DNA of 64,000 nt from Acidobacteriaceae bacterium (GTDB lineage Bacteria > Acidobacteriota > Terriglobia > Terriglobales > Acidobacteriaceae). The DNA is taken from positions 14,185 through 78,184 of the forward strand of contig DAHUXR010000006.1 of assembly GCA_027307045.1 (NCBI GenBank), given 5' to 3'. Every line of letters starts with the position of its first letter. Position 1 is the first letter of the stretch. Of this stretch, positions 59,190-64,000 are shown in pieces. Under the pieces are notes generated by a model, which searched no databases, was not told the origin of the DNA, and saw only the letters and a program-made list of their open reading frames with translations. The translations under genes and the position numbers were made by a program.

Positions 59190-60464
59190 GTGATCATCCG
59201 TCCGGCAAAGAACATACTGGGCGCGCTGCGGCTGCCTGGCGATAAATCAATTTCCCATCGTTACGCCATGCTGGCGGCGATTGCCGCAGGCACAACACGT
59301 CTGGCAAACTTTTCCACCGGAGCCGATTGCGCCAGTACAGTCGCATGCGTCCAGCAGCTTGGCTGCGCGGTACGAAGAAATCAGGATGGCACGCTGGAGA
59401 TCGCCGGACGAGAGCAGTTGCAAGCGCCGGCGAGCAGCCTGGACTGCGGCAATTCCGGTTCGACGATGCGCATGCTTTCCGGCATCCTGGCGGGCCAGAA
59501 TTTCAGCTGCGTTCTACATGGCGACGAATCACTCACGCGGCGTCCGATGGGACGCATTATGACGCCGCTGCGGCTAATGGGAGCGGAGATTACCGCAGGC
59601 GCGGGGGATCGGCCTCCGCTGCATATTCGCGGCGGCGAATTACGGGCGATCAATTACACCACGCCAATCGCCAGCGCGCAGGTGAAATCCGCAGTGCTGT
59701 TTGCCGGACTGTTTGCCGAAGGCGAAACCAGCGTTGACGAGCCACACAGAACCCGTGACCACACAGAACAGGCTTTGCGCGCTTTTGGCGTGGAGATTTC
59801 CCGCAGCAAGAATCGAGTGACGATAGCAGGCGGAGAGAAGCTCACGTCGATCCAAGCCGCTGTTCCGGGCGATATTTCTTCCGCCGCTTTCTTCATGTGC
59901 GCAGCGGCATTGTTTCCCGGCTCGAACCTGGTGATTGAAAGCCTGCTGCTCAACCCAACGCGCGCTTCCCTGCTGGACGTGCTCAAGCTGCTGGGCGCTC
60001 GACTTTCAGTGATCAATCTGGAAGAACATCACGGCGAGCTGGTGGGAACGGTCAAGATAGAACACAGTAAGTTGACGGGAATCACCATTGAAGGAGCGCA
60101 GTCTGTGGCGCTGATCGACGAACTGCCAGTGCTCGCGGCCATCGGCCCGTACACGCGCGATGGCATTGATATCCGCGATGCGAAGGAGCTGCGCGTAAAA
60201 GAGTCTGATCGCATTGCGCTGGTGGCGAAGAACCTGCGCGCGATGGGAGCTGAATGCGAAGAGCGCGAAGACGGATTGCGTGTTCCGGGAAATCAGAAGC
60301 TGCACGGAGCGGAAATAGATTCAGGCGGCGATCACAGGATTGCTATGGCGTTTGCTGTGGCTGCGCTCCGGGCTGAAGGCGAAAGCGTGATTCACGGAGC
60401 GGACTCAGCAAAGATTTCATTCCCGGAATTTTTTGAGATGATGGAGAGTGTTACTGAACGATAG
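59190..60464 (+). CDS. aroA: 3-phosphoshikimate 1-carboxyvinyltransferase
   Basis: PGDKSISHR, DCGNSG, RPMGR, SAQVKSA, RVKESDRI, DHRIAM. Confidence 0.97.
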   Translation: MIIRPAKNILGALRLPGDKSISHRYAMLAAIAAGTTRLANFSTGADCASTVACVQQLGCAVRRNQDGTLEIAGREQLQAPASSLDCGNSGSTMRMLSGILAGQNFSCVLHGDESLTRRPMGRIMTPLRLMGAEITAGAGDRPPLHIRGGELRAINYTTPIASAQVKSAVLFAGLFAEGETSVDEPHRTRDHTEQALRAFGVEISRSKNRVTIAGGEKLTSIQAAVPGDISSAAFFMCAAALFPGSNLVIESLLLNPTRASLLDVLKLLGARLSVINLEEHHGELVGTVKIEHSKLTGITIEGAQSVALIDELPVLAAIGPYTRDGIDIRDAKELRVKESDRIALVAKNLRAMGAECEEREDGLRVPGNQKLHGAEIDSGGDHRIAMAFAVAALRAEGESVIHGADSAKISFPEFFEMMESVTER

Positions 60465-60755
60465 CATTCAGCCTTCAGCACTCAGCATTCAGTCCCGAAA
60501 CAAGGCCGCTGAGGACAAGCTTGAAACGCGGAGGAAACGAGGGAGCGGAGGAATGTGGTTAAAAGAGATAGTTTGGTTTTCTGATAGAGGGACGCAAATC
60601 AGCAAATAGCAAACCAGTAGATATAAGATCTAAAAATAGTTACCTGCCAAGTTCAATTTCCTCTGCTTACTCCCTCCGTGCGTGTTCTTAAAAGTTTTTT
60701 GTCACTCAGTAACACTGTTCCGGGGCTGAATGCTGAGTGCTGACGGCTGATGCTT
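60463..60755. repeat. nested inverted-repeat intergenic element
   Basis: Outer arms agcattcagccttcagcactcagcattcagtcccgaaaca / tgttccggggctgaatgctgagtgctgacggctgatgct (heptamer units); inner imperfect arms around 60525-60553 and 60658-60687. Confidence 0.8.
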
Positions 60756-60757
60756 AA

Positions 60758-62065
60758 TCAAAAAACCAGATTTTCTTTCGTCAGCTTCAGCCCATCCAGA
60801 TTTCCCAGCACTGTTACCGCGACTTTATCAGGATGGAAAAGCGCATTCGCCATTTCGCAGACTTCTTCTCCGGTGACGGATTCAATCTGGTCGATGGTTT
60901 CATCGAGGCTGAAGAAGCGTTCAAAATACATTTCCTGGCGCGCCAGATTTGACATTCGCGAAGTGCTGGATTCAAGGCTCAGCATTAGTCCGCCCTTCAG
61001 CTGGTCTTTGGCGCGGCGCAGCTCGTCGGCTGGAATGGGCGCTGACTTAAGCTCAAGAAATTCCGCAAGAATGTGGTCCACAACCTGCCGCACCGATTCC
61101 ACGGACGTGCCAGCGTAAATCGCCATGCAGCCGGTGTCGCGATAAGGGTTGAGGTCGCTGTAAATCGAATACACCAGGCCTTGCTCTTCACGGATCTTCT
61201 GGAACAGCCGTGAGCTCATGCCGCCGCCGAGCAATGTATTCAATATGTAGGAAGCATGCCGGTTTTCGTGGGCGATGGGATGAGACGGCACACCCACGCA
61301 AATCTGCACCTGCTCCAGCGACTTCTTGTTGCGCATGATGACCCGCGCAGTAACGGCCGGCGCAGGCACGTGGAAGCCGTTGGGCATGCGTTGCAGCGTG
61401 GCGAAGCGTTCTTTGATCAGGTCCACAAACGCATGATGGTTCAGATTGCCGGCGGCTGAAATAATAATGTTGTTCGGCGCAAAATGCTGGCGATAATACT
61501 TGAACAGCTTCTCCTGCTCAAAGGAGCGGACAGTCTCTTTCGTCCCCAGGATCGGCTTGCCCAGAGGATGGTCTTTCCAGAAATTCTGGGTAAAGATTTC
61601 ATGCACCAGATAATCGGGATTGTCTTCATCCATTTTGATCTCTTCAAGAATCACGCCCTTTTCGCGCGTGATGTCCTTGGGATCGAACGTTGGATTCAGG
61701 ACCAAGTCGCTGAGAATATCGACGGCAATCGGCAAATGCTCATCCAGGACTTTAATATTGAAGCAGATGGTTTCCTTGCCGGTGAACGCGTCCATGTTGC
61801 CCCCGATGGAATCCACCTGGCGGGCGATATCACGCGCCGTGCGTGTCTTGGTCCCTTTAAAGACCATGTGCTCGGTGAAGTGCGAAATGCCATTCAGCTC
61901 GGGCGACTCATCGCGCGAACCAGTCTTCATCCAGATTCCAATGGCAATGGAACGGATGTGGGCCATCTCTTCACTCAGCACGATCAGGCCGTTGGGCAAA
62001 ACTTCGCGCTTGATGTTTCTGGGCTCGGTCAAAGGGGGTCGGGTTAGGACTGCGGTTTCCATCAC
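60758..62065 (-). CDS. M16 family (pitrilysin-like) peptidase
   Basis: GSRDE, HFTEHMVFKGT (HxxEH), LGGGMSSRLFQ.IRE..GL.YS. Confidence 0.95.
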   Translation of the reverse strand: MMETAVLTRPPLTEPRNIKREVLPNGLIVLSEEMAHIRSIAIGIWMKTGSRDESPELNGISHFTEHMVFKGTKTRTARDIARQVDSIGGNMDAFTGKETICFNIKVLDEHLPIAVDILSDLVLNPTFDPKDITREKGVILEEIKMDEDNPDYLVHEIFTQNFWKDHPLGKPILGTKETVRSFEQEKLFKYYRQHFAPNNIIISAAGNLNHHAFVDLIKERFATLQRMPNGFHVPAPAVTARVIMRNKKSLEQVQICVGVPSHPIAHENRHASYILNTLLGGGMSSRLFQKIREEQGLVYSIYSDLNPYRDTGCMAIYAGTSVESVRQVVDHILAEFLELKSAPIPADELRRAKDQLKGGLMLSLESSTSRMSNLARQEMYFERFFSLDETIDQIESVTGEEVCEMANALFHPDKVAVTVLGNLDGLKLTKENLVF

Positions 62066-62210
62066 AGGTTCACATTTGATTCTTACACACTGGAAATGGT
62101 CGCACGAGTAATTATATGTTTATATTATTCAACAACTTACTTACACCTTAGGCGAATCCGGCGCTTTTTGGCCCTTAACGTGTAGAATTTAAGGTGTAGT
62201 CGACCTCCAC

Positions 62211-63302
62211 ATGCCTGACCCGCTCCAAGACGGCCTTCTAGGCCTTGATTATCAAGAGCTTAGCAGCATTGCACAAAAATTTGGGCAGCCGGAATTCCGG
62301 GCGCGCCAGCTTTTTGACGCTCTCTATCCCCAGCGGCTCCCGGCGCTCGACTCCGTCTCAACGTTGCCCAAGCCGTTTCGCGCGGCGCTGCAACAAGAAG
62401 GTCTCGACATCAAGCACCCGCGCGTCGAGAAAAGTTTCCAATCCACTGACGGCACCATCCGCTACCTGATCTCCATGGCCGACGCAGAAACCGTTGAGAC
62501 CGTCTGGATGCCGGAAGGCGATGACGGTGAAACCGGTGATGGCACTGAAGCCGGCGACTCTGAGTGGCATCGCGCAACGATCTGCGTTTCCAGCCAGGTG
62601 GGTTGCGCCGTGAATTGCCAGTTCTGCCTTACGGCGTTGCTGGGCGTAAAACGCAACCTCAGCGCCGGAGAAATCGTTGGCCAGGTCATTGCCGTGCTCA
62701 ATGACCGCCAGGTTGATATGGAGCGCCAGCGCGTCAACATCGTTTTTATGGGCATGGGCGAACCGTTTCTCAACTATCCCAACTTCATCAAGGCCGTGCG
62801 GCTGCTGGTGGAAGGCGTGGGCTTTCCGGAATCGCGCATGACGGTCTCGACTTCCGGGATTCTTCCTCGCATTCACGACTTTGGCGCCGAGCCGGTCCGT
62901 CCCAAGCTGGCCATTTCGCTCAACGCTTCCAATGACCAGGTCCGCGGCAGCATCATGCCCATCAACAAAAAGTGGAACCTGGAAATGCTGATGCAGGCCG
63001 CGCGTGACTTCCCTCTCCGCAACCGCGAGCGCATCACGTTTGAATACGTGCTGCTCGCCGGCGTGAATGACAGCCCTGCTCACGCCCGGGAAGTGATTGA
63101 ATTGCTGCGCGGTATCCGCTGCAAGGTAAATCTCATCGCGCTCAATCCGGGGCCAGGCATCCAGTTCGGCACGCCGGCGGAACAGAGCGTTCAGATTTTC
63201 AAAGACCTGCTGGTCAAAGCGGGTATTCCGGCGTTTGTGCGCCGTCCGCGCGGGCGGGATATTTACGCCGCGTGCGGACAGTTGAAGAGAACAGTAGCGT
63301 AG
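62211..63302 (+). CDS. rlmN: 23S rRNA m2A2503 / tRNA methyltransferase RlmN
   Basis: CVSSQVGCAVNCQFC, FMGMGEP, AACGQL. Confidence 0.96.
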   Translation: MPDPLQDGLLGLDYQELSSIAQKFGQPEFRARQLFDALYPQRLPALDSVSTLPKPFRAALQQEGLDIKHPRVEKSFQSTDGTIRYLISMADAETVETVWMPEGDDGETGDGTEAGDSEWHRATICVSSQVGCAVNCQFCLTALLGVKRNLSAGEIVGQVIAVLNDRQVDMERQRVNIVFMGMGEPFLNYPNFIKAVRLLVEGVGFPESRMTVSTSGILPRIHDFGAEPVRPKLAISLNASNDQVRGSIMPINKKWNLEMLMQAARDFPLRNRERITFEYVLLAGVNDSPAHAREVIELLRGIRCKVNLIALNPGPGIQFGTPAEQSVQIFKDLLVKAGIPAFVRRPRGRDIYAACGQLKRTVA

Positions 63303-63326
63303 CTTTGCACAAAAACCCAAACCCCT

Positions 63327-63431
63327 ACCGCTGATCACGCTGATAACGCTGATTTACACGGATCAAAAAAACTCAATTAGGACGAGTTTTAAGTTTGTAA
63401 ATCCGTGTCATCCGTGTTTATCCGTGGTGAG
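63327..63431. repeat. short-unit inverted repeat (cgctgat/cacggat 9-10-mers)
   Basis: ccgctgatcacgctgataacgctgatttacacggatc ... atccgtgtcatccgtgtttatccgtggtg. Confidence 0.75.
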
Positions 63432-63451
63432 ATTTGCTTTTTTGCAGCAAT

Positions 63452-63913
63452 TCACCGCCGCGCATAAAAGTAGTAGTCCGCGGAATAACTGCTCTTGAAC
63501 TCCACTTCCCCGCTCTGCGCTGTACATTCTTGCGCCGCCGGTGCAAGTCCGCCCACGGTATTCACCCGCTGGATAGACGTCACACCGCTCAGCTTGCCGC
63601 TTCCAGAATGTCCTGTGACCGCCACCAGAAGCCATGGGATCGCCCTGGGATCAGGCGCATCGGCCTTGGCCGCCAGCTTGCCGGTGACATGGCTGCCGTC
63701 ATTGAGTTGCCATGTCGGCCCGCCAAAATGCCTGCCGATAAGCTTGCCCTGCTCGTCGAATAACTCGGCATCCGGAGCTTTCAGCGTCCATGCCGGCTTG
63801 CCGTCAGCGTCAGGCCGGCAGACATAGATCTGGAAGCCGGTTGCACGCGCTATCAGAACAAGCTCTTCACTTGCAGGGGGTTGGATAGAATCGGGGACCG
63901 TTGGTTTTTGCAC
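63452..63913 (-). CDS. DUF3455 family protein
   Basis: G.QIY.C, W.LKAP.A.L, GRHFGGPTW, AIPWLL, IQRVNT.GG.AP, YSADYYFY. Confidence 0.88.
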   Translation of the reverse strand: MQKPTVPDSIQPPASEELVLIARATGFQIYVCRPDADGKPAWTLKAPDAELFDEQGKLIGRHFGGPTWQLNDGSHVTGKLAAKADAPDPRAIPWLLVAVTGHSGSGKLSGVTSIQRVNTVGGLAPAAQECTAQSGEVEFKSSYSADYYFYARR

Positions 63914-64000
63914 GGAGGGATTCTAGCAGGGTACCCCCTACCCCCTCCCCTGATCCCCATTTCTAAAGGACTTACGCGCTTCCTCCCCATGTATCCCCAA

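Noticed and set aside
62358..63338. 326-aa antisense ORF and other long shadow ORFs (e.g. 12905-13663, 52226-52897)
   Set aside because: They lie over well-supported genes, have no recognisable motifs, and are expected from GC-rich codon bias

Overview
Mostly core chromosome of a moderately GC-rich bacterium. The gene content (VWFA-Acidobacterial domain protein, Wzi-PAP2 fusion, TPR-NfeD-SPFH-SPOR operon, short-unit intergenic palindromes) points to Acidobacteriota; this is an inference. In order: a BlaI/M56 pair cut by the window edge; VWA, NlpC/P60 and acyltransferase genes; an NtrC-type two-component system and a hybrid kinase plus Hpt; a 12.4-25 kb stress cluster (mgtA, MacAB-like ABC, ldtD-mepK, Zn-ADH, Hsp20, two USPs); tRNA-Gly(CCC); a sirtuin; the NfeD/SPFH operon; a Mo-oxidoreductase; an ATP-grasp + LLM monooxygenase operon; a ~19 kb capsule/EPS locus; then pspC, aroA, an M16 peptidase and rlmN. 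Three observations missing from the ORF track stand out. (1) An unannotated 34-aa leader peptide containing MAMCCCMCMC, with a complete antiterminator/terminator architecture, lies upstream of the ATP-grasp/LLM operon and is a candidate Cys+Met-sensing transcription attenuator. (2) Four TGTGA-N6-TCACA-type boxes at constant class II spacing define a local Crp/Fnr-family regulon. (3) A highly structured leader precedes a 53-aa membrane peptide near tRNA-Gly. No CRISPR, prophage or transposase was seen. All calls come from reading the sequence by eye; no searches were run.
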